Assembly (NCBI GenBank): GCA_044892505.1
Contig: CM097883.1
Span: 318,370,001-318,434,000, forward strand
Origin: Schmidtea nova
Taxonomy: Eukaryota
Length of the DNA stretch: 64,000 nucleotides
Direction: 5' to 3'
Of the stretch, positions 1 to 12,580 are shown piece after piece. Position 1 is the stretch's first letter, and every line of letters begins with the position of its first letter. The notes below the pieces were generated by a model. The model ran no database searches. It was not told the origin of the DNA and saw nothing but the letters and a program-made list of their open reading frames with translations. The translations under genes were made by a program, and so were the position numbers.

Positions 1-46
1 CTCAAGTTTTCGAATAAAATCTTCAATTTTGTCTTTCCATCTTGAT

Positions 47-205
47 NNNNNNNNNNNNNNNNNNNNNNNNNNNNNNNNNNNNNNNNNNNNNNNNNNNNNN
101 NNNNNNNNNNNNNNNNNNNNNNNNNNNNNNNNNNNNNNNNNNNNNNNNNNNNNNNNNNNNNNNNNNNNNNNNNNNNNNNNNNNNNNNNNNNNNNNNNNNN
201 NNNNN
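47..205. other. Assembly gap (N run)
   Basis: Run of N; further gaps at 2581..2786, 8270..8438 and 31168..31376. Confidence 0.99.
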
Positions 206-209
206 TATT

Positions 210-1130
210 GTATGCCATGAATCGTTTTCTTAAATGACACGCAGAAATCAACAAGTATTTTCTAGAAAACTTCATTAGTACTCTGCTTAAGCAGTACTTC
301 CTTCGTTCGTTCTGTTAAGTCTTCCGTTTCTGACATTCTTAACAATTTTTAATCATATTTTAAACTTCATTTTCACTGATGTTCATATTCAAATTTCTAC
401 GTGTATATTCGTATATTTGTCTAACACCCGCGTGGCAAAAATTTTTAAAAATTATCCCTTACATTTTTGCTAATACATCTTGCATAATATTTTCTATAAC
501 AAGTATTTTCGTTTTATTTTTATTTACAGTGGCGTTTTTATGATTAGTTCGATATTAATAACATGAAGTATAGCCTTTTCTTTTTTGTGTTTATCATAGG
601 TTATTTCTTGAGGTAAATCTTTGTCAATATAGAAAGGGCTTGAAATGTTGCATAAAGTATTAAATTTCAAGTAACTCTTTTCTGATGATGCAGTAACGAT
701 TTCATGCTTATTCATTGTTTTTGATCCACATGCAATGATTTGATCCTGCCCATTGTTGTATCGATATCTTAAATAAAGCGCTTTCATTAATATGCTGAAG
801 TTTGCTTGACATTCTTCAGTTCATATAAGTTTATCTTTATCAGACCCAAATGATCTTTCTTGGCATAATCTTTACCAAATTTTCGATGATAATTTTTCAA
901 ACACAGAAAGCCTCTTAAACGTTTAAATTATTTTAGTTTTGTATATTTTTAAATTGCTTTAATCTTTTCATTATCTTTTTCACACCATTTTTATTTATTA
1001 TACTATATAATATCTTATTTGTTAAAATGACATTTTTCTAGACTAATTTTCAAACCAGCTTGTTGAATGCTTCAAAAAATCCATTCTAGTCTTTTCTACG
1101 TTCTATCTCATTGATGCAAATATAGCGTTA
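210..1130 (-). pseudogene. Decayed Ty3/Gypsy pol remnant (RT C-terminus, connection, RNase H)
   Basis: Minus-strand translation gives KDKLI(W)TEECQANF (connection) and YNNGQDQIIACGSKTMNKHE (like the RNase H IAYASRTL motif). 824..1110 is closely similar to 29557..29730 plus 31812..31925, which is continuous with a clear RT fragment. Confidence 0.7.
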
Positions 1131-1318
1131 TAACGCTTATTTAATTTTATGAATACAATTTCTTCGTCATATTTTAAATAAAATCCTTTATATTAATAAA
1201 ATTCATTAAATTAAAAAATTAATTACATATCACAAAAGATATCTGAGAAAAGAATGGGTGACCTTTACGCATATTTTGCTAAATAAATCAGAAAAAAACT
1301 TGACGTTGGAGTTGAAAA

Positions 1319-1321
<3 letters not shown>

Positions 1322-1376
<55 letters not shown>
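1322..1376. repeat. (TA)n microsatellite
   Basis: Perfect dinucleotide run; others at about 3535, 3671, 38521, 50035 and 58975. Confidence 0.95.
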
Positions 1377-1377
<1 letters not shown>

Positions 1378-3953
1378 CATCTGTTGTGCGTTTCTTTGTT
1401 AGTCTAATGAATGATATTCAACAATTTGCAATACAAAGTCACAAGAAAAGGTGAAACTATATAATTACTCTATCACTGCAAATAGTACTTTAAATGGTGT
1501 CACAATTCTAAATTTTTTGATTTATTAAGGCGATGTTCATGAACAATGTCATAACTTTTTAATAATTATTAACCTTTTATAAACAAAATGAAATTGTGTG
1601 AAATAGAAGCGAAAAGGTCAAAGGTGAAAATAAGAGATGGTAGTGATATGATCTAATAATATAATTGATATTGATATTTATGACAATGTTTGAACTGGCT
1701 ACTAACTATAGGAATAAATGAAAGTTTCTCAAACTTAGAACATTTTTAGTATTAATCCTCTCTTCCAATTTACAGCTTACGGATACAGAGATTTTATGCT
1801 TATCGAAGAGAAATATTGTATAACTTATTTTTAAACTTAAAAATTTTTCTGACAACCAACCTGAGGTTCGAATTCAGCCTTTTGAAAGACTGAAATTTTT
1901 CTATTTTTGGGAGAATTCTACCGTTTGCGATCCACTGATGTAAGTGCTATGAATAATGATATGCGAGAATATTCGACAAATGATGACTGACTTATATCAA
2001 CTGAATTAAGACAGCAAATTATGAAGTCTTTCATAATAATGAATTTGATAATTTATATAACAATGAAGACTTATTACAGTTAATTTAATAGACAATTTTA
2101 CAGCAGTTTTCATTTATAATGACTTTTCACTTAAAAACAGCAAAAGCGAGAAAAGTTTGTATTTTCTATTTCTTAAAGTTAATTTGAGTCTCAAATATCA
2201 TATTTTATTCTATATTATTTTTCAGCAAAAATCTTTTGTTTTATTTTTTTATTGATTCAATTTATTGCACCTTAAGTTTTTACTAAAAATGGAATATTAC
2301 ACTTTTGCGATATATTTATATATTTTGAATTTAGGCAATTTGGGAGAAACAGTTCTACTATTTATTTGGATTTTTATTTATCGTCTTTATCATTTTGATT
2401 GTGTCAGTTGCTCAAGTAGCTATCGTGATGGTATATCTCCAATTGTGTGCTGAAGTGAGTCTTTTATTTCAATTCTTTAAATATAAGTTTACCAAATAAA
2501 CATCGAAATAAATGATTTCGAAGTTAATTTTAAAATAATATTATCAATCAGTTTACAGTCATGTTTACTTAACTCTTGTTNNNNNNNNNNNNNNNNNNNN
2601 NNNNNNNNNNNNNNNNNNNNNNNNNNNNNNNNNNNNNNNNNNNNNNNNNNNNNNNNNNNNNNNNNNNNNNNNNNNNNNNNNNNNNNNNNNNNNNNNNNNN
2701 NNNNNNNNNNNNNNNNNNNNNNNNNNNNNNNNNNNNNNNNNNNNNNNNNNNNNNNNNNNNNNNNNNNNNNNNNNNNNNNNNNNNNNGCTAGGTGTCCACT
2801 CTATGACGCATCCTAAATTTCAGATAAAATTTAGGAACAAAAGGGGATATTAGTATATTTGGCTCACTTGAAAAATATCCATCATTTTCAATGAATCCCA
2901 TTTCAAGCACTGTTCACGCTATCGTTATCTCCATCATCAATTAAATAAAATTTCTTATTTTATTTTTTTCCATCCTCAAAAATCTTTCTCAAACTTCCAA
3001 GAAACTGTTCATTGCTATCGCTCTCCTTATATCTATTTTTCAGGCTTCTCTTATCCAGATTTCGTCCAAACTGTGTTATTTTTTCTAATCTCTATCCCAG
3101 AGGTGGTGCCCTAAAATACACATTTTAACCTACTTAAAAATTCCTTATCTTCCACACATTTTCATATATAAGCATAGAAGAAATTAAGATTTTGGTTTGA
3201 AATCATTTAAAGACACACAGGAAACAGTTACTCATGTATTAATTAAAGATTTTCCTTATTAGAATCTTTTGAATATTCGATACACCTATTTAATTTAAAA
3301 GCTCTCCGTTAGTGATTAGTTTTCAAGCGTTTTTCTATTTCCCTTAATTTAGTTCTCTTTTCTTTGGAACTTATTTATGATTGAATATTTATTCTTTTAA
3401 ATCAAATTATTTGATTTTATTAAATTCTATTATCACCATCATATTCCATTACAAACTTTAACTGTGTTTACACTGGCCTGGTAACACGGTTGATATTAGT
3501 TACTTGTGTGTGTCTAGTTTGTAAGATATTAATTATATATATATATATATATATATATTTTATCATAATTATCTTTTTTCACACTTGATAAAGACTGTAC
3601 CGAAATATTGTGTTATTGTTTATAAAAAAAAAATTTGATCTATAGTCATTATGAGAATTATTGATAATAATATATATATATATATATATATATGATTATA
3701 GCGGAACAATAATTATAGTATCTTGAGCCTGATCATACTCAGAGTTAGATTCAATTTTGGATTAAATTTTTTTATATGGTTGCTTTGTAGGATGCTTTAT
3801 ACTAAATTAATAAAATGTAATTTAAAATCTACTATTAATAAATTTAATATCTTATATTATGTGAGTAATTTTTAGTTGAAGCAATTAATAAAATCTTTTA
3901 CATATTTATATTGTGTGCGTATTTCATATTAATTCTTCAATGTAAAAGAAAAT

Positions 3954-4287
3954 GGTACTTCTATACTTTCCCCCCACCTAAATGTTTTGGCATGCGTCTA
4001 AATGTTTTGACATGCGTCTAAATGTTTTGACATGCGTCTAAATGTTTTGGCATGGGTCTAAATGTTTTGGCATGCGTCTAAATGTTTTGGCATGCGTGTA
4101 AATGTTTTGGCATGCGTCTAAATGTTTTGGCATGCGTCTAAATGTTTGGGCATGCGTCTAAATGTTTTGGCATGTTCACTTAGATATACTTAAGCGTTTG
4201 CAAATATGGTATGCATTATTTTTGCTTCAAGAATGAATTTCATGATTTGTTATATAATAATCAAAGGGGGGGAAGTATAGAAGTACC
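3954..4287. mobile_element. MITE with about 20-bp TIRs and 8-bp TSD, Merlin-like
   Basis: GGTACTTCTATACTTTCCCCC at 3954 versus GGGGGGGAAGTATAGAAGTACC ending 4287; AAGAAAAT flanks both sides (3946..3953, 4288..4295). GG termini plus an 8-bp TSD fit Merlin. Confidence 0.8.
3981..4174 (+). repeat. Minisatellite, 20-bp unit AATGTTTTGGCATGCGTCTA, 9 full copies plus 1 partial
   Basis: Contiguous tandem units, each with at most one substitution, inside the MITE. Confidence 0.97.
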
Positions 4288-5913
4288 AAGAAAATAACTT
4301 AATTCATCAAAAGAAGATTTGTAAAAATATTAGTTTTGACATCGTTCAATTTTTGGAATTTTAATGAATATATTAGTATCATTTCGGGTGTATTACAGTA
4401 CCGTTAGCATCTAAGTAATATCATAATAAGTATTTTATTAAAACTAGGAAACTAGTTAATGTCCAAGACTAATAGCGAAAATTCATCCGACTACAACTAG
4501 CTTACCTTTAGAAATCGCATCGAATATCACATTAAACAACTTTATAATAATCATATATAAAATTTCAATCTGTTCGTCCGTCCGTCCCACAAATATTATT
4601 TATTGATTATTATAATTAAAAAATCAAATTATTTTTTAATTTAATTTAATGTTTTAGATATTTATTTAATATATTGCTGAGTTTTAAGGAAAGAATTAAA
4701 TTTATGTCAAATTTTCAACAGTTTTATTATTTTACTTCTGGTTTGTTTATTTATTAATATCACAAATTTAATGCTTACTGTCGATCCGTTGCCATCAATA
4801 TCTAATTTTATATAAATTCAAAAAAATTTGACGGACTTTCTATACAGCTAGTTATCTTTTTAGTATTTAAAATTTTGGCTGAATATTCTTTCAATATATT
4901 CTTTCATTATGGGATATATAGAAAAAGGTCCGTAAAAACTCCAGAGATTTATATTTATTGTATTTATACAATTCCGATTGGCAATTAAACCGATTGCTAC
5001 TATGTAATCAATGAAAGTCGACTGTCATTTTCTCTGTAAAATTTTAAATCTAATGGCTAATTAAAATTTTCTATTTCATATTTGTTTTAGACAATATAAA
5101 TTGATTTTTAACTTTTCAACTTTGCTAGCATTTTCAAATACAATTTAGCTCTTGATTTAACACAGTGAGTCGATTAACAACTTTTGCTGAAAAAGAAGGA
5201 TATTTACATTAGGAAAAGATCATACAAGTTTATATTTCTTTAACATGGAATTTTTTCAATTTTCTTTATCTTAATTTCTAAAACATCTTTAGAATTTGTT
5301 GGTTAAGAAATACTGACTGATTGATTCTGAATTTATTTTCACATAATTTTGTCAAATATTCTAATTTCATTTTATTTTATGCTATAGAATCTAATGTATA
5401 AATTGAATAAATAGACTGTGGCGTAGCGATGGTGAGAAGCAGGAGGCATATGTCTCCAGGTGACAAAACGAAGAAGAGATTTTTTTTCTACCAAAGAATA
5501 ACTTATTTCTTAGTAATAAGTAAAATTCGTTCATTTAAAATTTTCATTCTAATAAAACTGAATTTTCTATTTTATCTGATGTATATGCCTAAATAGAAGG
5601 CATGGGCTCCGGAATCCAAAATATGTAAGTAATTCCCTCAGTTTTTATTAGTTAAAAATAGAAAATGTCCTATTCGCCTTAATACAAAGTTTAACTGAAA
5701 TTTTATAAGAATCTTTGCTTCGTTCTGTTAATATCCATTAAAAATATACATATTCAAACAATTTTAAATTTTCTTCAAATGTAATTAAATTATTTTGGTT
5801 GGTTACTCTTTTTCTAAATTTCATAAATTCGTCATTTTTGACAAATCTTATAATAAATCGTCGATGACGGAAATAGTTTTAATGATTCTAGCATGGAAAT
5901 TTGATCTTTAATA

Positions 5914-6241
5914 CTAAACTAATTTCTCCACTGGCGATATATTTTAAAGTTTTTTAGAATATATAGTATAAATCAATATTTTTTTATTTATTTTACATGA
6001 ATTTTTGGCTCAGATTTTCAAGTGTTTGTAAGTGCCACAAATTAGTGTCAAATTATTAAAAATTATTGACTCTTTTAGTCTAAAAACAAATGCATATAAA
6101 AATATATTAATATGGAAAAGAATGAAATATTTTCCAAATGTATAGCTGTTATTTTTACATTATAAAAACTGTAGTCATGTTATAAGGTGCTTCCAAAAAT
6201 AGCGAATTGCTAGCTTCATTGCGATATTTTATACGCAAACC
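5914..6241 (+). repeat. 328-bp direct duplication (second copy 6680..7007)
   Basis: Near-identical segments from CTAAACTAATTT to ACGCAAACC. Confidence 0.95.
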
Positions 6242-6405
6242 TTCACTAATGTGATCCTAGATAAACTTATACCAATACAATAACAAATTTATTTGAGAAG
6301 GTATAACATGAATTTATATGCAAATATCATTTCTTATTTTCGCACTTTCACCGTCACAATTTTAAATTCTTTCACAATCTAAACTTCTCTATATGCATTT
6401 AATAA

Positions 6406-7039
6406 CCCTTTCTCTGCGTCAACCGTACGAAGCCGTAAAATATTTTTGTGGTTCGTATGCTAGAACCGGTTTAATACGCAGTTTAAATATATGTTTTATA
6501 TGTTCAATATGTTTTCTTTACCTTTATGTAATGCTTATAAATAAAACGCAAGTTATAAACAAAATATTTGTTTTTTGTTATTAAATAGTAAATTAACTTC
6601 GGATACCGTGTATATACGCATGTACATCATACATAGTGCGACAAACGTACTAATCCGCGCGCCTGAAAAAACGCTAATGCTAAACTAATTTCGCCACTGG
6701 CGATATATTTTAAAGTTTTTTAGAATATATAGTATAAATCAATATTTTTTTATTTATTTTACATGAATTTTTGGCTCAGATTTTCAAGTGTTTGTAAGTG
6801 CCACAAATTAGTGTCAAATTATTAAAAATTATTGATTCTTTTAGTCTAAAAACAAATGCATATAAAAATATATTAATATGGAAAAGAATGAAATATTTTC
6901 CAAATGTATAGCTGTTATTTTTACATTATAAAAACTGTAGTCATGTTATAAGGTGCTTCAAAAAATAGCGAATTGCTAGCTTCATTGCGATATTTCATAC
7001 GCAAACCAGAGCGCTTAAACACACGCCGCAGGGAAAGGG
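6406..7039. mobile_element. piggyBac-like MITE
   Basis: TIRs CCCTTTCTCTGCG / CGCAGGGAAAGGG (1 mismatch); TTAA on the right, ATAA on the left. Confidence 0.7.
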
Positions 7040-8779
7040 TTAAGAGGAGATGGATTTCCGTTTCAGAGAAATTATTTTGACTAAGTGCAACTACGATGTT
7101 CTCGTTTGTGACGTTCATAAACCGTTTCTCATACAAGCTTTAGTTAAATTATTTTTAATTATAGACCAATTACGTTTTAGTTAGAAATACACTGTTTTTT
7201 GGCACACACCTATAGGTGTTAATTTTATCTATCAATAATTGAACCATTATTTTCAATTGCTATAGGATTATCATTGGTGGTGGCGAACATTTATTGTTTC
7301 TGGAGGGTCAGCATTCTACGTTCTCGGATATTCAGTGTTTTATTTCGTTACTAAAGTAACTGAGTTTTTTTCACTGTCTGGCTTAATTTCCATTACAGTT
7401 GGAAATCACCGGATTCATACCGTCATTGATCTACTTTAGCTATACTCTGATGATCGTATTCTCATTTTGGCTATTGACAGGCACTGTCGGATATTTCGCC
7501 TCTTATACGTTCTTACGCAAGATCTATGGAGCAATTAAAATTGATTGAATTGTGTTCATGAATTATTATCGATTGTTGAAGTGTTTATTTTCGATTGTCC
7601 TCTAGCATATTATTGTATACTAATAATTAAGGGTTTTAATAAAACTGATCAAACGGATCTTCTTATTTCATTCTTAATATTCCAGAAATTTTTCTCTTAT
7701 TTTTCATTTTAAAATATTTTTTTTCTAAAAATATAAATGAGCACAAAATATTCAATTTTTAATTTAAATTATAAAAATATATTTTATTGGTATTTAGTTG
7801 TTATGAGTGAAAAGTTTCATAATGTCAAATATTTGGAAAAATAATATATTTTACGATAGAAATTTATTTGAGTTTTGTTTTATTAATCGATTAGTGAGGT
7901 AACTAAATATTGTTTTGTTTGAATTAAAACTGATTTTAGCTCATTTTTAATTTAATGAAGTCGAAATTTTAAATAACTTAATTTTGTTTCAAAAAACAAC
8001 CATTGGAAAACTCATATCGTGATAACTAGGGGAAGTGAGCGGTATGGCACTAGATTTTTATCCCTAAACTGTATAAGTTACGTAGTAATTATAGAGTTAA
8101 CCCTCCACTCCTTAAATTTTTTAAGGGGTTTACAAAATTTACATAATACTGTAATGTTACATAACACTTTATTTAGGAACTTGATTATATAATCATATTT
8201 TTGATTATATAACAACAGGTTTTAATTATGTCGTTTTTATACATCAGCATGTCCAGTTATGTAATCGTANNNNNNNNNNNNNNNNNNNNNNNNNNNNNNN
8301 NNNNNNNNNNNNNNNNNNNNNNNNNNNNNNNNNNNNNNNNNNNNNNNNNNNNNNNNNNNNNNNNNNNNNNNNNNNNNNNNNNNNNNNNNNNNNNNNNNNN
8401 NNNNNNNNNNNNNNNNNNNNNNNNNNNNNNNNNNNNNNACCTCTACTGTACTGTTTTTTTTATTTTGTGCCTCAAATTGATAGTTGGAGATATTTTGCAC
8501 TCTAACAATATATAGACAGAATTTATTCTATGCAAGATGACCGAAGGAAAAATTCATAATGTTGTGGTTTACGCGTCACACAAGTGTTTTGTGGTTAATA
8601 ATCGATTTTCTATTATATAATAAAAATAATTAGTTTTCACTTTAACAATGTGTATATAGAATTTAATCTCCTAAAAAATGGCTTGATTTGAAATCGTTTT
8701 GTTTGTGTTGTACACGTGTTTTGTAATGAATTTTGCATTTTCACCTATTTACAATAACTTTATTGAGTTTTGATATATA

Positions 8780-10013
8780 CGTAGTTCGTTCAATAATGCC
8801 TCGGACTAACGAAGAAAGAAATACAACACAAAAAACTAAACCGACTTTTATTGAACTATATCAAATATTAGTTAGGAAAACATTTAATTATGTTTATATA
8901 ACTACCATTGGCAGCAACCAGCTTATTCCATCAAATAACCAAATCTTGAGATGCATCAGCAAAAATGTCTACGAAGCTATGCAAACCATTGTTCAACAAA
9001 TTGCTGGAGTGCATCTGATGTCTCAAAATGATGTCCACGTAATGCTTTCTTCAGGTGCTTGAACAAAAAGAAGTGGCTCGGAGCAAGGTCCGGGCTGTAA
9101 GGTGGGTTTTGGAGAAGTCTAAAACCACTCTTTTCTGTTGAACATCGTGTAACATTGCTTACATGGACAGGAACATTATCAACAAGGAGCCAATGTGGAA
9201 CATTTCTTGATTTCCGTTTCTTTGCACGGCATTCCTCAACCAATTTGTCATAGTATTGACCATTTATTGTTTGTCCATTAGGCAAGAAATCTAGATGAAT
9301 GACTCCACTTTTGTCCCAAAACACTGAGAGCATCAGTTGTTTTCGATGTGAGTTGTTACTTCTCATCTTCAGAGGAAGTTTCTCTCTACAGATGATTCCC
9401 GTTTGGTTTCAGGTAAGTATAATGAAAGAAGTATCTCGTCCTCAGTAACGATATTATTAATAAATGCATCACCATATTGATTCAACAGTTGCAAATTTAA
9501 CAATGTGCTGTTGAGGCGCATTTCCTTCGAGTCAGGAGACAGATACTTTGGAACAAATCGTGAGCATAATTTGCGATAGCCTAATTTCACAATGATGTGA
9601 CAACTGCCAACACTTATTTTAAGTAATTCTGCAATTTCATCCACATTAATTCGTTTTTCAGCTCGAATAATCCTGGAGCACACTTTCATGGTCATGCTTG
9701 AATAATGATATCCAAAGATATATTGTGGATCTAGGACATTTGTTGTCATATGCAATGGTCATATCACGAAATATTTCATCAGATTACTTCTTTAAAAGCA
9801 CATAGAATTTTTTCACACTTCTGTATTCCACCTCATCCATTTGACAAAAAAATGAAATGTGAGTTAGTTTATGAATTATACGTACGTCAGCCAATCAGAT
9901 TATTTAATTTATGCAAATAAACAAACATACGTGTAGGTGTTAAAACCAATTGGTTTGATTGGTTTATCATGTTTCTTTCTTAGTCAGTCCCAGGCATTAT
10001 TGAACGAACTACG
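8780..10013 (-). mobile_element. Mariner (DD34D) element, TIR to TIR, inactive
   Basis: TIRs CGTAGTTCGTTCAATAATGCC at both ends, TA at left, 1234 bp. Transposase 9755..8977 is frameshifted near 9368, with motifs IVTEDE, SVFWD, LVDNVPVH and PPYSPDLAPS(H). The third catalytic D is replaced by H. Confidence 0.95.
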
Positions 10014-10462
10014 TTCAATGTAAAGGTAAAATTTTATTTTCTACAAATTGGCTTGAATAAAAATATATAATTTGGCGTTTTTCGTGTTGCACACATGTTT
10101 TGTTTTTAATTTTATAATTTTCAATTATTTAAAATAATTTTATAGAATTTTCATTGTAATATTATAAGCATAAAATTTAAATTTCTACAAAATGGCTTAA
10201 ATCAAAATTACAAAGTTACCGTTTATCGTGTTTTCATTATAACAATGTATATATAAAATTTAATTTTCTACAATATTTCATAAAGAAATATAACTCTACA
10301 ACTTTCTCAGTATTTGTTTAAGTGTTTATTGAATTGAAATCAAAATTAAAACAGAAGAATAAGATAAATAATTTAAAAAGATACCGAAAAAAAAATTTTC
10401 AGAACATCAATGACAAATTAATTATTCGAATTTTAATCTGGAAAACGGGTCAGAGATAGGAT

Positions 10463-11025
10463 CAGTAGCGTAACTATGGGCCCGCAACTGCGGGGGGCCA
10501 GGTAAAAGGGTGCCCATTTTTAAACCTGAAAAAATGAACTATTTTAATTAATAAATGCACAGCAGAAATCCGGGAACCGAAACTCCTTGTAAACTCCTTA
10601 GCCTTGTAAAATAAATAAATCATGCAGGCAGGCAGGCAGATGATGTGGAATATTACTATTGATGCGCGGTCGGCGCATATTTTTCTAGGCTTTGATTTAA
10701 GCTAGTGAGCAGGGACTCGAAGGCAAATTATAATCGCCAGATGACGTTGAAATTTGCAGTTAATTCACTCAATTAGTTTCACTTTTCGTCTTTGATTTCC
10801 ATCTTTGATTTTCATCTTTGATTTTTCATCTTTGATTTTCATCTTTGATTAAAAATTAATAATAAAATAAAATATCATAAATTAAAATCATTAAAATGTA
10901 TGCCTCAAAAGTGAGTCGATAATTTGAAACATAAAATTGTCTATCAGATTGTCATCGACTGTATGGATGGGGGGGCCATTTTGAAAATCTTGCAGGGGGG
11001 CCCAGAATATGAAGTTACGCCACTG
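10463..11025. mobile_element. hAT-type MITE
   Basis: TIRs CAGTAGCGTAACT / AGTTACGCCACTG; internal roughly 13-bp TTTCATCTTTGAT repeats at about 10785..10850; TSD only partly matched. Confidence 0.75.
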
Positions 11026-11075
11026 GATATCCTATTATAGGATATAAAATCGGAACAGTATGATAGGATTACTTT

Positions 11076-11846
11076 TGTTAGGGTCAGGTCCTTGGCCTTA
11101 AAAGAATAAAAAGATTAAGTTTTAATAATAGCAATATTTAATTACTTAAAATAGATTAAAAGAATAAATAATTACTATAAATATAAAATTAAAGTAAACA
11201 ATTACTAAAAATAGAATTATAAAGGAATGGTTAAAAATAGTAATTTTTAAATACTAAATATAGAATTGTTATTTTGATTTAAGTATATAAACCCAAGTAA
11301 AACAAAGGAAAAGGACGAAAATTTTAGACGATAATTTGATGATATACTTTTGGACGATAAATCTTTGGACGGCGTTTTGAGGACCAGAATTTGAAAAGTA
11401 AATAGGGCGCAAAAGAGTGAGAAGTAAAAGAAAGTGGACGATACACTATTGAAGGAGAACTAGACAAGAATTATATTTTAGTTGGCGTTAATTTGAAGTG
11501 GAAAAAAACTGAGTTGTGATAAAAGATTATCAATTGAGAAAACAGAAACCATTTTTGTTCGTTGCAGAAGGACGGTCCAGGAGGAATATTATTCGCAAGA
11601 AGTTTTGTTTGAATTTAGCAAAAGATAAACTATTCAGCGGTCGTTGAAATAACGAAGTTTCGAGAATCGTCTGACACTGTAATTTTGTTTAATAATTGAA
11701 AAGTAAAAAGAGATTTTTCGAAAGCGACGGTTATTTACTTTTATAGTATTAACCGTTTTCTAAATAAATAAATACTAGTTTTAATTTTAAGAAGTAGAGG
11801 GAAACAATTACCGTTTCACAACTACTCGGGTATCCCCAAAATCACA
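11076..11846 (+). mobile_element. Probable solo LTR (right boundary uncertain)
   Basis: Starts TGTTAGGGTC and ends AATCACA like the solo LTR at 36574..37322. TATA near 11284, AATAAA near 11765, shared AGAAGT..ACA..ACCG 3' motif. No clean TSD at this boundary. Confidence 0.5.
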
Positions 11847-12537
11847 TTCTTGCTTGCCCTCTTTCTTTAATTGCCATAGTTTTGCTACTCAGGTGCCAAC
11901 TATTTCTTGCAAGCTGATAAAAACAGCAGGGATCAGTGTATCCATATCTTTGTAAATCTTTTTAAATTGTAAACACAACAACAGATTTTGTTAATTGTAT
12001 TATTCATTAAACATTAGAAAAAGTAATTGTCTTGTGTTCATTTATTTATAAGAACTAGCAACCGACTAAATATAAATCATAATATTGCATATTATTATTT
12101 ATAAAAATAGTTTTAATTATAATTGGAGTCAGCTGTGTTAAGATTATCAAATCCCCACATTTGATCTTAACACTTTTTGTTGGGCCCGCCAAATAGGCTA
12201 AAACAACAAAAATAAAATAAAAGTTTAAAATAATAATAAAATAATAATAAAATAATAAACACAAAAATAGCAATAAAGGAAAAATTAAAAATAGAAATAA
12301 AATAGTAAATAATATTTAATAAATTTCCAGCAAAAGGAAATTTTAAAAATAAAACGGAAACAAGCAGTAAGGGGGGCCTGAAATAAGAATATTAAGAATG
12401 AAATAGATTAATAGTGCAAATAAATAATTAATTACTTGAAAAACCAGGACCACCCAGCGAGAAATTGGAAAAGGAAGTAAAATAATATTTAGATTTAAAT
12501 AAAATAGTAAAAACACTTTGATGGACGGTCTGATCCT

Positions 12538-12580
12538 GATTGGTCAATCTGACCAGCCGGATCAGTATAAATACCGATCC
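12538..12580 (+). promoter_or_regulatory. Inverted CCAAT box plus TATA box within an inverted repeat (family X copy A)
   Basis: GATTGG at 12538; GGATCAG-TATAAATA-CCGATCC; same position and sequence in copy B. Confidence 0.55.

Noticed and set aside
29-233. ORF-track ORFs made of X residues (also 2576, 8228, 8237, 31151)
   Set aside because: Artefacts of N gaps.
1860-1880. tRNA or Pol III B-box (GGTTCGAAT)
   Set aside because: No A-box or cloverleaf stems; I found no supportable tRNA or rRNA gene in the window.
3981-4174. CRISPR-like array
   Set aside because: The 20-bp units are directly adjacent with no unique spacers, the context is eukaryotic, and the array lies inside a MITE.
4540-4852. 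Possible Helitron remnant (TCTGTTCGTCCGTCC ... CAGCTAG|T)
   Set aside because: The 3' hairpin and 5' TC end are not convincing enough to call.
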